From a virus (lineage: Duplodnaviria > Caudoviricetes): a stretch of 64,000 nucleotides of DNA. The translations under genes were made by a program, and so were the position numbers. The stretch lies in the IMG/VR virus record IMGVR_UViG_3300006155_000002, one strand, 5' to 3'. Within the stretch, counting starts at the first letter, position 1. Every line of letters starts with the position of its first letter. The notes beneath the pieces were generated by a model that saw only the letters and a list, made by a program, of their open reading frames with translations, had not been told where the DNA came from and did not search any database. Shown here piece by piece: positions 10,138-21,924 of the stretch.

Positions 10138-11037
10138 TTAAAATCCATTCCAAATTTCCTGGTTGTGATACATAAAGCACTCTGCATCACAACAATCGCA
10201 ATCAGTCAACTCTGTTAATCTTTTCCTGCTTCTGGATATAAACAAATCAGAATCCATAGGAGGCTTTGGATTGTTATCTCTCAACAGTTCATCGACTTCA
10301 ATAAGTTGTTGATATGCTTCTGGCTCATTCTCTTTCAAATACTTGAAAAAGTAATTCTTATGAAATGGACAGAACGCACAGGCCGACGCCTTCGTTTCTA
10401 ACCCCCATACATCTTTGATGTATGCAAAATTGTCGGCCCTGGTCAGTCCCATTTCAACCAGAGGAAATTTATTGACAAACATAGGGTTTGGGCTTTCCTT
10501 GCAGCGTCGAATCTCTTCCGCGCTGAACCCCATGTGCATCTCATGTGCTTTCTTGTCTTCTTCCCGAAGCCGCTGTCCTTTCTTATATCCAAGGGCAGTC
10601 CAGCGAACAAACTTTGATATCTGGTTCACCTTGTAATCAATGGTGCAATTTCTTGGCATCTTTGATTTATGTCCATCCTCTTTGAGCGTCCACCATGGTA
10701 TGCTTACAACACGCTTTCGGCCGAAGTCTCTCATTAAGTCTGTATACAATGGAGTATCAAGCTGCTTGTACCAGATACCTGCTTCATCACAGGCTTTATG
10801 AACAAATTCCGCTTGTCGTTTTACCCATGGAGGTTCAAATCCGAGGTCACAAAAAATCACCAGATCGTAAATAGGAACAAGCGGATGCGGGATGTTGTGC
10901 GTTCCGTTCTTTACTGCTCTGGCATTTTCGCAGCTCATAAGAGCAAGCGCCGTACTTTGCATACCGGCGCCAAAGGATAATATCTTCAAAATTACACCAC
11001 CTTTGAATAAAAAAAGAGCAGGCACCGGCCTGCTCAA
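10138..11037 (-). CDS. PAPS reductase-like / adenine-nucleotide alpha-hydrolase protein (paralog 2)
   Basis: LSFGAGMQS, FCDLG, RNCT, SACAFCPF; true start probably near 10995. Confidence 0.75.
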   Translation of the reverse strand: MSRPVPALFLFKGGVILKILSFGAGMQSTALALMSCENARAVKNGTHNIPHPLVPIYDLVIFCDLGFEPPWVKRQAEFVHKACDEAGIWYKQLDTPLYTDLMRDFGRKRVVSIPWWTLKEDGHKSKMPRNCTIDYKVNQISKFVRWTALGYKKGQRLREEDKKAHEMHMGFSAEEIRRCKESPNPMFVNKFPLVEMGLTRADNFAYIKDVWGLETKASACAFCPFHKNYFFKYLKENEPEAYQQLIEVDELLRDNNPKPPMDSDLFISRSRKRLTELTDCDCCDAECFMYHNQEIWNGF

Positions 11038-11223
11038 TTTTTATTCTTGTTCGTCCTTGATCTCATACCACCGATCAACCTGGCTGTCTACCCAATCGTT
11101 CATGGCTTCCTCGATCATCTCTGGTGTATCACCTTCATCAAAGTCCATTTCAACGGTACGCTGTTGGGCGAATATCTCCAAATAAAATTTGACTTTCATT
11201 TACTGATTTACTCCTTCGATAGT

Positions 11224-12000
11224 TTATCTCCAGTAACAATAGAGACAGCCATGTGGGCACTGTTTCTTATTTTTCAAAAGCTCTGTCTTTCCGGAGTAGC
11301 ACAGACAATTTGGCCTTTGATATCCGCAGCTATCTGAATCGTCAGTTTCCAGATTGAGCAGATTCAGATCGTAATTAGAGATACATCCGCACTGGATAAC
11401 ATTTTTGAGTCCAGGCTCTGCACAGCATTCAATACGGAGTTCATCTCCGAATATCTCACGATTTCCCAGGGAGTACCAATGATACCTTGCGTCCTTGAGC
11501 ATTTCATCTACCGCCGCAACCTGCTCTTTGTTTGGAGAGAATCCAAATTCTCCGTATGGGAGCGGAAGGTTTGACTGCTTGAACCGCTCTCTGACATGAG
11601 GGTACATATCAATGATGCTCACTCGGAATCTGGAGAATCCGACATCCATAAAACTCTTGATGACCCTGAGCGCCAAATCAATTCCCTTTTTGGTTGGAAT
11701 GATGGGATCAACACGAATGACTATCTTCTCCTTTGGAAATCCATTTTTCACAAGCGTCATAATCGCGTCAAATTCATCATATGTATCCGGCACTTCTGGT
11801 TCAAGAACAGAACCTCCATACCCAGTGAATGTCGCATGAACTATGAGCTTGTTCTTATTAGCGATAACAGCATCATGAAAATCTACCGATATACACTTTG
11901 TGATTACAACTGCCCCGTCAACTGTATCCAGCTTATTTATCCAAGACAGATCTTTGCCTGCGTCTCCAGCTTCTGTGACACCAATTTTATATTTTGCCAT
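11224..12000 (-). CDS. DUF1848-like radical-SAM-related protein
   Basis: RVDPII, C-terminal CPHGCLYCYW. Confidence 0.7.
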   Translation of the reverse strand: MAKYKIGVTEAGDAGKDLSWINKLDTVDGAVVITKCISVDFHDAVIANKNKLIVHATFTGYGGSVLEPEVPDTYDEFDAIMTLVKNGFPKEKIVIRVDPIIPTKKGIDLALRVIKSFMDVGFSRFRVSIIDMYPHVRERFKQSNLPLPYGEFGFSPNKEQVAAVDEMLKDARYHWYSLGNREIFGDELRIECCAEPGLKNVIQCGCISNYDLNLLNLETDDSDSCGYQRPNCLCYSGKTELLKNKKQCPHGCLYCYWR

Positions 12001-12250
12001 TGATTGCTCTCTCCATTCCAATTTCTATAAGCATCCGAATACCATCGCAAACCTGTTCATGACTGTATGGTTTATATGGAACGAATCCTCCGATTGCGTT
12101 GACTTTGTGAACTCTGTCTTCGTCATTCTGATAGACATGAACTAAGATGGTTTCGAGTTCCAGCAGAGCATCTGCATACTCATTGACAGATGAAAACTCT
12201 TTCCCATCCAAATACAACCGCATTTATTTCACCACCAGTTCACTTTTCTG

Positions 12251-12279
12251 TTGACATCGATATACCCTTTTTGTATACT
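12251..12279 (+). promoter_or_regulatory. sigma-A type promoter
   Basis: TTGACA-17nt-TATACT upstream of the plus-strand gene. Confidence 0.8.
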
Positions 12280-12309
12280 TTTCTTATCACATACAAAGGA
12301 GGGATATAC

Positions 12310-12516
12310 ATGGCTGCACGCACTGTTAAGTCCGTTGAGGAAAAGGTTGCGGCAATTGACCAAAAGATTGCGAAGAAGCAGGATGAAATCGCCGCCCTTG
12401 AAGCTCAAAAGCAGAAGCTCCTTCACCCGGTCAATATGAAGACCGTCATGGCCAAAGCGAAGGAGGCCGGACTGACGCCAGAGGAAATCGCTGAAAAACT
12501 CGGTATCGAGGTCTAA
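12310..12516 (+). CDS. small coiled-coil protein, lone plus-strand non-IS gene
   Basis: AAGGAGG RBS, consensus promoter, downstream hairpin. Confidence 0.8.
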   Translation: MAARTVKSVEEKVAAIDQKIAKKQDEIAALEAQKQKLLHPVNMKTVMAKAKEAGLTPEEIAEKLGIEV

Positions 12517-12521
12517 CTATG

Positions 12522-12549
12522 GAGCCTGCCCACAATAGTGGGCGGGCTC
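12522..12549. terminator. hairpin terminator between convergent genes
   Basis: GAGCCTGCCCAC-aata-GTGGGCGGGCTC. Confidence 0.65.
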
Positions 12550-13146
12550 TTAATAAATAATGTAATACTCTGTGTCATCCTGTCCCCAGCGAATGGTCTC
12601 CATATACCGTCCTTCGCTTACCAGCCACCCCGCTTGTCCCATAACAGCAGCTACATCAGCAGCATGAACACAGCGAGCTGTTCTCTCGTGATGCCACCCG
12701 GTTGGTGTTACCTTTCCTGTGAATGCGTTTTTCTTCATCCGCTTGAAAGCTGGAGAGGATGCCTCTACCGCCATTCCGAAGGTAGTACCATCAAACTCTT
12801 TCATGTGAAGCTCAATCATAGATTACTCCTCTTGCTTTTTATAAAAGCTAAGTTTTATTCAGTTTTACACCTTTGTTCTGCATAGGCGTTCTTATACCAA
12901 TCACGTTCCGCCGTCAAAATACGAACGTTGTCCTCGGCAGTTATAGCCCTTTTGACCATCTCATCGTACACATCTTTGAGAAGCAAGCAACACCTGTCAG
13001 AAAGCATTATCTCCGGTTTCCCTTCGAGAGACATCATTCTTGCTTTGGCAAGTAGGTCATCCAATCCACGAGCCTCTCTGCGGAAACGAGCACTTTCTTC
13101 CTCAAGATATTTGTACTCATCCTTGCTAATCCACATTTGCCTCACC

Positions 13147-13608
13147 TCATTGGCTCTCGTCAAAGAGTTTTGCTGTGTTAAGGAAAATGCGTTTGAGCTG
13201 GTCATCATATCCAAATCGCTGTGCGTTAATCTGGATACTTTTCAGGAGATTCCCGTCATTGTGGCGCTCAGTCGCTGCCTTCCAGTCGCAGAACATCTCA
13301 CACAGGTCAATAAGGTTCATACCCAGAATCCCATCATCAAAATGCTCCGGGTGATGTCTGGACTGAGCATAGTGATGGTCAAGCGCTGGTTTCATGGCAT
13401 CCATATGGGCCTGATACTCAGGCGTTGCGTACCCAGTTGTAGCGAGGGCATCTGTATGTTCTGCAAAAATCTCGACTTCTGGAGATTCTAATTTGCAGTG
13501 GTCGTGATTAACGCCCCTCGTTGTTAGCTTATCCGTAAACAAACGAATATAGTAACGAACACGCTCAATGTGTTTCTGAGTCTCAACTTGACACTCATGG
13601 ATTGTCAT
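13147..13608 (-). CDS. DUF5662-like (HD-like) phage protein
   Basis: HDHCK, HHYAQSRHHPEHF, EMFCDW. Confidence 0.75.
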   Translation of the reverse strand: MTIHECQVETQKHIERVRYYIRLFTDKLTTRGVNHDHCKLESPEVEIFAEHTDALATTGYATPEYQAHMDAMKPALDHHYAQSRHHPEHFDDGILGMNLIDLCEMFCDWKAATERHNDGNLLKSIQINAQRFGYDDQLKRIFLNTAKLFDESQ

Positions 13609-13638
13609 TATTCTACCTCCTCATATCAAAGTTCTGTT

Positions 13639-14635
13639 TTATTCCCTTGGACGTATACCAAGGTTTTTCATTCTATTGCGGAACTCAAGATATTTTCTGG
13701 TGTACTCATAACTTTCTCCAAAAATGTTTTGTGCTGCCAGTAACAGTTTCGGCTCAAACTCTTGTATTGAGTTGAGCTCTTCCTCAAACCGCTTTCCGAA
13801 TGGACAACCAAAGCACCCAGTACGGATTAAACCATACTGGGTGTAACATCTACTATGTGTAACTTCATAGTGCTTGCAGTATTCCTTTTTATCTTCGTCT
13901 CGGAGCCAGAATACTGGCCTAAAGTGGTTGATTCCTTCTCCTTCAGAAAAGCAATTTTTATATGTTGCGGCTCTAATTCCTCCCTCCGAACGTCTGACGC
14001 CAATACAAGACAAATCATAGTGCCCACCTTTGATAAATTTTTCAGACACCCTTTTCTTTGCGTATGTGCAACATTTATCTGAGATTTTGAATGTAGGAGG
14101 GTTTATAATCATGAAGTCTTTGAGGTAAGGTATTCGTTTAATTGCATACTGCGTTGTGTTACCAGTTATGACATTACACCACCACTCCAACGCCGTTTTG
14201 CATTTTGGGTATCTTTGAATCAGTACCTCAAATGGCTCGCACTCCCATTGAAAATTGTGTGATTGCAACCGGTGAATCATATCGGATGCAAATTTGCTCC
14301 AGAACGGGGCGCCATATTCTTTAACGCAGTTTGGGATTGGTTTGATGGCATTAACTCGATGTATCTCAATCTCGTATTTACGCTCAAGTGCCTCCAAATG
14401 TTCAAATGTGGCCGCATATTCCAAACCAGTATTGAAGAACACAAAAACTACCTTATCTTTTGCCCCGCATCGAAGCAACATATCAACCATTACATCACTG
14501 TCGCCCCCCCCCGCTGCAAGAGCACACAATGTGTTGGTGCTCTTGCACCACTTCAAAACACCTTATGAGGGCATCTCGAATCACAAAATTGTCTGGTGAG
14601 CTATCAATGATGTAATCTAAAGAGTTCTTTGACAT
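13639..14635 (-). pseudogene. PAPS reductase family protein (paralog 3), frameshifted at G9 tract
   Basis: Upstream frame MSKNSLDYII...HIVCSCSGG joins GDSDVMVD if the G9 run (14504-14512) is G8; CC and RTGCFGCPF motifs. Confidence 0.8.
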
Positions 14636-14889
14636 ACTCATTTTTAGCCTCCAACAACTTTGGATATTTTAATCGTATCCGAGTTTACTTCTTCGGCACG
14701 ATATCCTTCCTGGTTTGCCCACTGCATAATGTCATTCATATTTTTGCGGTCGCTGTGCTCGACATCAAGACATACGGAGGATTTCCTCTCAATTACAAAT
14801 GCCTTTCGCATTACATTGATGAACTCTTCATGTGTCCAGTTGAACATTGAGTTCCAGTTAGTCATACCCTCACTTCCTTCATAAAAATT

Positions 14890-15654
14890 CTATTTTATTG
14901 CAGCATAAAATTCTCTCGAGTTAATTTTGCGTCCTGTCGCAATCCATTCATCCTCAATAATAAAACGACGCTCCAATTCTTGGATGCTCTTTCCTGCACC
15001 CTTCATTGGAGCATCAATGTTTTCTTGTAAATATCGAAGCTTTTCCCAGTAGGCCGGTAACTGATGATAGATATTGCGAAGCTCCTTCAAATTTTTGTTC
15101 TTACAGCACCAACAGCTCACTCTATCCAGAATATCGTACAGTTCAATTTCTCCCTCATACCAGTAAAAACCTCTATCATGGCAATATTTTAGGCAGTCGG
15201 CCTCTGTAAACCCTGCTTCTGCTAATGGTGAACTCTTATGTTGTTCCATCTTTTCAAGACGTTTTGTCTCATCTATTGCAATTCCAACATATGTATGGTT
15301 GCTTTGGATATATTGGTTGAGAACATTCTGTTTGATAAACGTTCCCCAACGACACGGGCCGCCACACCAACCATCGCCAAAAGCAACGCGGCCATCTCGC
15401 TTTGTTTTTCTTCTAAACAGCATATCGTCCAGAAATGGACGAGGAGGTTTAAGCTCTGTATACTTGACTCCCGCCAGCCGAAGTTTTTCTTTGACAGTAT
15501 CCCTGATGTGGTAGATTGCTTGAAACTCCACACCAGTGTCATAGAAGACCACTTCGTCTAAAGGTTTGCCCGTTTCCAAGAGCAGTAGTAACATAGCCAA
15601 ACTATCCTTGCCAAAGCTCACACTTGCAAAATACCTTTCTTTCACATCAACCAC
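14890..15654 (-). CDS. PAPS reductase family protein (paralog 4)
   Basis: SFGKDS, DTG, RVSCWCC; clearly similar to 6741-7529. Confidence 0.85.
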   Translation of the reverse strand: MVDVKERYFASVSFGKDSLAMLLLLLETGKPLDEVVFYDTGVEFQAIYHIRDTVKEKLRLAGVKYTELKPPRPFLDDMLFRRKTKRDGRVAFGDGWCGGPCRWGTFIKQNVLNQYIQSNHTYVGIAIDETKRLEKMEQHKSSPLAEAGFTEADCLKYCHDRGFYWYEGEIELYDILDRVSCWCCKNKNLKELRNIYHQLPAYWEKLRYLQENIDAPMKGAGKSIQELERRFIIEDEWIATGRKINSREFYAAIK

Positions 15655-16038
15655 GTATCGAATCCTCGATAGGTGGTAACACTCTAAACTCCACTCATAC
15701 GGCTATGTGACTTTCGGCACATGGTCTTATTGGCATCTTCTGTCGCATTTTACCCAAACGTAGCTGCTAAAGATTTCCGCTTGGAACCTCGTTTCACGAG
15801 GATCAGATGTTACTCCTTTCTGCAATCATCATAGCGTAACCTCTTTATGTTATATAGTCCCATGCTTTTTCTTTTGCTAACTTTTTGTAGGTGCAGCCAT
15901 GGAATACATCTCTATTATACCGCACCATACGATTCAGACGTTTCTTGTTTTTCTTCAAAGAGTATTTAACCTCTCCTCGTAAAGAGTGCCGTCCACGGCC
16001 TCTGTCCCAATACTGTTTGGCTTCTCGCTTTGAACCTC

Positions 16039-16332
16039 TCATTCTGACTCCTCATGCCACAATCCAATAGAGAAGTCATTTGTAAAGTCCTCGTTATCCT
16101 TATCTCCATAGACAAGAACGTCAAATTGATGATCACTCCACACGATACTGTCGCCATCATAATGGTAGCTACTACGGATGACAGCTAAATCCTGGCACCA
16201 CACACTATCTCTATCCATGATACCAATAAACATCTCTCTGCTATATTTCGGATCTGTGTTTTGCTCTGCTACCAATTTATAGCCATTAAACAGATCAATT
16301 TCGATACGATTTCTTGCATTTTCTGACATCAT
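16039..16332 (-). CDS. hypothetical protein
   Basis: 97-aa ORF in operon. Confidence 0.55.
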   Translation of the reverse strand: MMSENARNRIEIDLFNGYKLVAEQNTDPKYSREMFIGIMDRDSVWCQDLAVIRSSYHYDGDSIVWSDHQFDVLVYGDKDNEDFTNDFSIGLWHEESE

Positions 16333-16784
16333 TACACCTCACTTGTTGGCGTTCTGTATAGCTGATATTTCTTACTGATTACATGAGCGATATTATCGGG
16401 TAACGGTGCGAACCAAATTCCTGTTAGTGTTGTTCCGTTTTCTTCCTCTGGCGATAATTCGGTCATACAATTATCATAAATCAGGCCAAAATTCTCACCT
16501 TCGACAAGTCCAAGTTCCTCAGCAACAATCTTGACTTTGAGTAGCTGGTTTTTGTTTTTGGCTTCGCAGATTGTTTTGACAAAAGATCCATTGATATAAT
16601 TATCGAAAATACCGCCGTCAATTCTGGCTGAGCAGCGATAATCATCCGAGCAATCGATAAAATCAGAGTGATTTCGAATGAAATTCATCCAATACGCCTC
16701 AGCGCAGTGTGCAACTTGTGCAGCCAACTTACCTGGAGACATTTTTAAGTCTTTTCGCATAATAAACAATCGTCTATAACCCAT
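16332..16784 (-). CDS. peptidyl-tRNA hydrolase II (PTH2) family
   Basis: RKDLKMSPGKLAAQVAHC and DxxxTE motifs. Confidence 0.85.
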   Translation of the reverse strand: MGYRRLFIMRKDLKMSPGKLAAQVAHCAEAYWMNFIRNHSDFIDCSDDYRCSARIDGGIFDNYINGSFVKTICEAKNKNQLLKVKIVAEELGLVEGENFGLIYDNCMTELSPEEENGTTLTGIWFAPLPDNIAHVISKKYQLYRTPTSEV

Positions 16785-18928
16785 ATTATTTCACCAAAAA
16801 AGTTCTTATTATTGCTTGCAATAGTGAAGAAAATCTCCACAATGTGGACAGCGAACATAAAAGGCCGGAATACCAAGAACAGTTTCGCCCAGTTCACAGT
16901 CTTCAAAAGTTGTATATAACAGTGCTCTGCATGAACTACACCACTTTATTTTGTGCTTTGGATATTTCTTAATTGTACATCTCGGTTTAATTAACGTTTT
17001 CATAAAAATCACCACCAAATCAATCTTTTGTTCTATATCTATTGCGTAGAGCAGACTCAGCCATATCTTTACTCACAAAAAAGCAATCCCCGATAGCACG
17101 TCCAACAAACTCATCGAAGTCCCCAGTTTCTTCAAAGTCAACTGAAAAGCTGTCGATATTTCCGTCTTTGAGCTGAACACTAAAAACAGTACCCTTTTCA
17201 ATCTCGCCTGATTCAAAATCCACATACCATATTGGAGAACCTTTTCTTATGGAAGTCTGACAATCTACCAAATCAGCTCTTTCCCGCAACAAAGCAACTG
17301 CCATATAAAGAGCTTCCGTAATCAGTTTTGCATGAGGATATTCATTCTTATAGTGTATCTTTGTATGTTCCTCTATTCTGTCAGCAGCTTCACGGTACGT
17401 CATTGTGTCACCACCTTATAAAATTAACCTTTTATTCTGACTTTGCAGATTTTAGCCAATGCAGACAGTCACTAACATCTCCCCACATTACTCCGCTACC
17501 AGTAATCGAACACCTAAATTCCACAGAGTACAAGAAATGCGATAGTTCGTTGTCGCCCATTGAACGGATGTGGTCTGCATTAGTTGTGGCATCCACCTCA
17601 TCGTCGTATAAATACCACATCATCCCATCGTAAGGAGAAATTGCCCCATAACAGTTTGGTTCATCTTCATTCCCGATCTGAGCTATTGTTACAATGTCTC
17701 CGTTTTCAAAATTACCACCGCTGTACACGTTTTTTGCACATACTGTAGCACCTACTCTAAATCTCACAGCAAACCTCCTCTCGGGTTAAGAACGTATAGG
17801 AAAGGGCAATCTTCTTTACAAATTGGCTGTATCTTCTAAAAAGGAGAGTCACTTCTCAACATCTTGCTCTCACAAGCTATAACCAATTAAACTACGCTAC
17901 CAGATTAGAAGTCTCTCAAAATGACTTCTTTAGAAATATATCCTAACAACGGCCTGTCATTCCAATACTGCTTTTGCCCATTGTAACAAGCGATCCGGAA
18001 ATCTGAAACATATTCCATTGATAATGCAATTTTTTTCATCTTTTTTATTGATGACTTTGCGCCATTTACTGTTCTTGGATATGCTTTAGCTCCATCTATT
18101 GCTGGATTATAAAAACCAGTATTGTGGCTATTAGGATTGATAATTTCGAGCAGTAAAGTTATCATATTATACTGTACTCCAACCATATGTGAATCCTTCA
18201 TCTTGTTCCATATCATCCATTTTGTCTCAATGAGTTGTCTAAACACTTCATGCTGGGACAAAACCGTGTTCGTAGAACCACATCTTATCAACCCCGTCAG
18301 GAACCTTATCAAAGATGTGTTCTTTCCAAAACGTATATCTTCCCTCTGCATATCCACGGCCATCTTCCATGGAAAATTCCAGCTCAACTCCTGTGTCATC
18401 CAGCCCCCATGCTGCTACCTTTACACAATAAACAGTATGTTTTTCGTCAGCTTTAGGGTACGGCTTATAGGAGTACAGGGCAATATATAGGTCTATTTCG
18501 TTATCGGGGTAACATGGGTGCCAATCATCCGTAACTTTTACCATCCTGTGCTCAGTTCGTTCCTTAAATTGCTTTCCCATCACTCCGCCTCCAAATCAGT
18601 CTTCTATTTGTTTACACATCTGAATTTTTCATGGAACTAATCATGTAAAACACCTCTATCAAATTACTCTTCGGTGTGCCATGCTCTTTGTTCTGCAAGT
18701 TGATCATCTATATCAAGAGAGAAATTGTAGACTTCCACTACAGTTTGCATATTGATGGAATATTGTCGAATGGCTTCATCAAGATCTTCTTTAGACACAT
18801 AAACAGGGTAGTCTTCAAAGTCAAATGTGTCCCATACCACAAGCATATAGTCGCTTTTTGCGGCCTTTTCGCATTTAAGCCACGACTCAATCATCCATTT
18901 ATCTGCTACCATACAGCAACCTCCTTAT

Positions 18929-19390
18929 CTAAGAAACACTGTTGAGAATTTTGATAGCTTCATTTGCTTCTCTTGCACCAAGGCCGCTGCTCATCATAGT
19001 TCTGACCCAGTGATCCTCATTTGGTTCAATATCAACTCTGTCATCCAGAATCACAAAGTTACAAACCTCGTCATGCTTTTTCAACCACAGGTTGATTTCT
19101 TCCCCTCTATGACCTGACGGAATCTCCGGTGTAAATCCATAGAATTTGATGCCATATCGTAAGAGTTCATCTCGCAACTCGATGTAGTCACTATTCCACT
19201 TAAAATCATCTCTGTCGTATCGCCAATCACTGGATAGTACGACTTCAGCACCGGTCTCGTCAACAATTCGTTTAAGGTTCTTGATTTGTCTGCGCCCAAC
19301 AAATCTGTATCCGTTAGAAGTTCTCCTGGTCGTTTTGTTGTTATTAAGTACACCGTCAACGTCCAGAAAAATTACTTTTACTTTATCCAT
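18929..19390 (-). CDS. HAD-domain (RNA repair-like) phosphatase
   Basis: IFLDVDGVLN, LSSDWR, RGEEI, VILDD. Confidence 0.82.
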   Translation of the reverse strand: MDKVKVIFLDVDGVLNNNKTTRRTSNGYRFVGRRQIKNLKRIVDETGAEVVLSSDWRYDRDDFKWNSDYIELRDELLRYGIKFYGFTPEIPSGHRGEEINLWLKKHDEVCNFVILDDRVDIEPNEDHWVRTMMSSGLGAREANEAIKILNSVS

Positions 19391-20221
19391 TTGCTCACCG
19401 CCAACATTATCCATCTATTATCTAAGAAACTCTGAACGTATGAACTCAATGATGTTGTTTCTTACGCCATTGCTCCCATTGTTTGCTCTGAACTTGACCA
19501 TTGGATCTTCTGTGCTGAAACAGATATTTTCGATATAGTTCAGAATCTCTTTTGCTGCTGCCTTTTTGCCCATTTTGTAATACTCTAAATCACTTAAATC
19601 ATTCTTCATATTCATCACCAAAATAATTATGTTTTGTATACCGTTGCGACGGTAATGCCAAATACCTTGTATCTTGTGCAGCATCCATCGCTTATTGCAT
19701 TCGCATTCTTATACATCCACGCATATTTTGAATGCGCAAACTTCATATATATCCACATTGTGTATTCTCCTTTACTATGCGGCGTGGTGCCTTATGCCAT
19801 AGATTTCTACCCTACATTAAAAATTTCGTCATATGCGGCGTTGATGGGACATATATCGCAGCAGTCAGGTTCACAATAGCCATCACAAATCTTTTGATTA
19901 CAATATTTTCTAAATAGATCCTTAAATGCCTGTAGTTCCTGTTCTGTCATATTAGCTACCCCTTTTATGTTATTTTGACACCATTCTCCAATAGGAAATC
20001 GGCAATAGACTCAAAATCTGTTTCTTGGAGGTTAATCATTTTCGACTGGAACCATCCACCGAGACCATCAGCCAACATACTGATAAGCTTTTGGCGCTCT
20101 GTTCCAGAACATTCAGCATCCATCAATTCGTCCCATGATGGATCTTCAATGTAAATGTTCTCTCCGCACACACCACATTCCATAGAGTATCCTTGACTGT
20201 CAGTTGCAACCCAAAAATGTT

Positions 20222-20482
20222 TTATAGCTTATTCCTCCAGTCTTTCATGTTTAATACAACTCGCCTATTCCACATAGCCTGGACTGTCACTTTATCTTGT
20301 GCATATCCTGGATCTATGCTTGCCATACAACTGGAGCATAGAACACCAAAACGCTCGCCGGCCAGATGCTGATATTTATAGTAGACGACTGTAGCATCGC
20401 CACAAAACGGACACGGAAGAAGCTGTAAATCACTGTCCGCATCTGGTCTCCATATATCGTTTATCTTACTGATATCCATCAT
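20222..20482 (-). CDS. Lar-family restriction alleviation zinc-ribbon protein
   Basis: LLPCPFCG...CSSC...WNRR. Confidence 0.75.
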   Translation of the reverse strand: MMDISKINDIWRPDADSDLQLLPCPFCGDATVVYYKYQHLAGERFGVLCSSCMASIDPGYAQDKVTVQAMWNRRVVLNMKDWRNKL

Positions 20483-20589
20483 GACAGTTCCTCCCTTTTT
20501 GATAGACTCAAATTACAAAATTGAAAACGTGACATACAGACGTGTTCGTACATATGTAACTCTGTAATTTCAATCCATCACAAATATGT

Positions 20590-20614
20590 AAGCGTGACGG
20601 GAAACCGTCACGCT
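20590..20614 (-). terminator. hairpin, likely terminator
   Basis: AAGCGTGACGG-gaaa-CCGTCACGCTT just past stop codon. Confidence 0.6.
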
Positions 20615-20618
20615 TTGC

Positions 20619-21308
20619 TTAGAATCGGATTTTCTTGTGGAACTTGGCCTGGAATATCTCTTTTGCAAAATCCATGTTGCGCTTAACTTGCTCAATGTAA
20701 GGTTTCTTAAGGTCATAACCAAAATAAAGTACAAACAAAATCGCGTTTAGGAACTCACCTTTAATATCACTTTTATTCATCCGAACTGTCATATTGGTGA
20801 TACCGCCAAGCAGTTTGTACCAAATTGCAGTCATTCCCTCGGTCTCTCTGAGATGAAACTCATCCAGCCATTCTTGCAAAGTCCACACTTTACCCGTTTC
20901 CTTACCAGTCTGGCAAGTATGTGGATTTACGAAGTAATGGAATGTTTGATCTCTCACATCAAAATATCTGCCAAGAGGATAAAGCGCACAAACGGCAGGC
21001 TTATTGGCTTGTATCATGCAATGTCCATTCCTTAGCAACCGGCAGCTTCCATCAAGGCGCTCTTTCAAAACAAAGAGAGGCACATTTGATTGATGACCAA
21101 TATACCCCTCCGTATTTTCAGCAATCATCTCCTCGATGGAAGTGCCGAGTGCATAAGCAACTCTGAAGATATCCGGCCCAACCAATGGAATTGGCTCTTG
21201 CCTTTTTCGACAGCAATTTCCGCACATAGCACACTCAAAATGAAATGTGCCGTCCAACCCCAGCTCATTTGCTTGAAACTCCTCAAAATCTTTTTCTGTG
21301 TAACTCAT
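20619..21308 (-). CDS. YkgJ-family cysteine-cluster protein
   Basis: FECAMCGNCC...CRLL...C...KPAVCALYP. Confidence 0.8.
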   Translation of the reverse strand: MSYTEKDFEEFQANELGLDGTFHFECAMCGNCCRKRQEPIPLVGPDIFRVAYALGTSIEEMIAENTEGYIGHQSNVPLFVLKERLDGSCRLLRNGHCMIQANKPAVCALYPLGRYFDVRDQTFHYFVNPHTCQTGKETGKVWTLQEWLDEFHLRETEGMTAIWYKLLGGITNMTVRMNKSDIKGEFLNAILFVLYFGYDLKKPYIEQVKRNMDFAKEIFQAKFHKKIRF

Positions 21309-21388
21309 TTTCGCAGCTCCTATTTTATAGATTCATACCCCATCAGTTGCAGTGAAGTATGTATGGGGTTTGAAGCTGCGATAGTAAC

Positions 21389-21904
21389 TCAGGTAATCTC
21401 CCACCAGTAATCAAAAATTTTGCGGTAGCCGTTACCTTTTGGAGATATTGCGCTGGAACGGCGTACCGCCTTATTTGATGCTCGCTTAAAGAACCTCTTA
21501 TTTACGGAGTCGTGCGGATATTTGATGTAGGAGCCAACAACCCACTTACCGTCGTCTCCCCAATGTCCTTTGATATACGGGCCAATATATGGGGCGATCC
21601 ATCTGTACCCGTCCTGAAATTTCTGTATGTGCCTTCTGCGCATACTGCGTCTGTATGCACGTCCAGTCCTGCGCTGGCCTTTTTTCTCGCACCTTGGCAT
21701 ATTGGCCCACGCATCCTCGCAATATCCTCCAGCGAAGAATTCGCCATCGATCTTTTCACAACTGCAATGGTCAAATTGGAAGTCACCATATTCGGGATGC
21801 TCTTTGGCGATTTCAAGTCGTCTATCAAGCTGACAAACAATTTGGCACTCGTCGCACATAAACAGGCATGAGCCTCCAACATCAATCATCATAATGACCT
21901 CCAT
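21389..21904 (-). CDS. hypothetical protein
   Basis: 171-aa ORF with RBS. Confidence 0.55.
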   Translation of the reverse strand: MEVIMMIDVGGSCLFMCDECQIVCQLDRRLEIAKEHPEYGDFQFDHCSCEKIDGEFFAGGYCEDAWANMPRCEKKGQRRTGRAYRRSMRRRHIQKFQDGYRWIAPYIGPYIKGHWGDDGKWVVGSYIKYPHDSVNKRFFKRASNKAVRRSSAISPKGNGYRKIFDYWWEIT

Positions 21905-21924
21905 TCTGTTTTAGAGACTGATTC

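Noticed and set aside
20500-20580. AAATTACA...TGTAATTT as a sixth retron cassette
   Set aside because: Lacks the shared hairpin and is too short.
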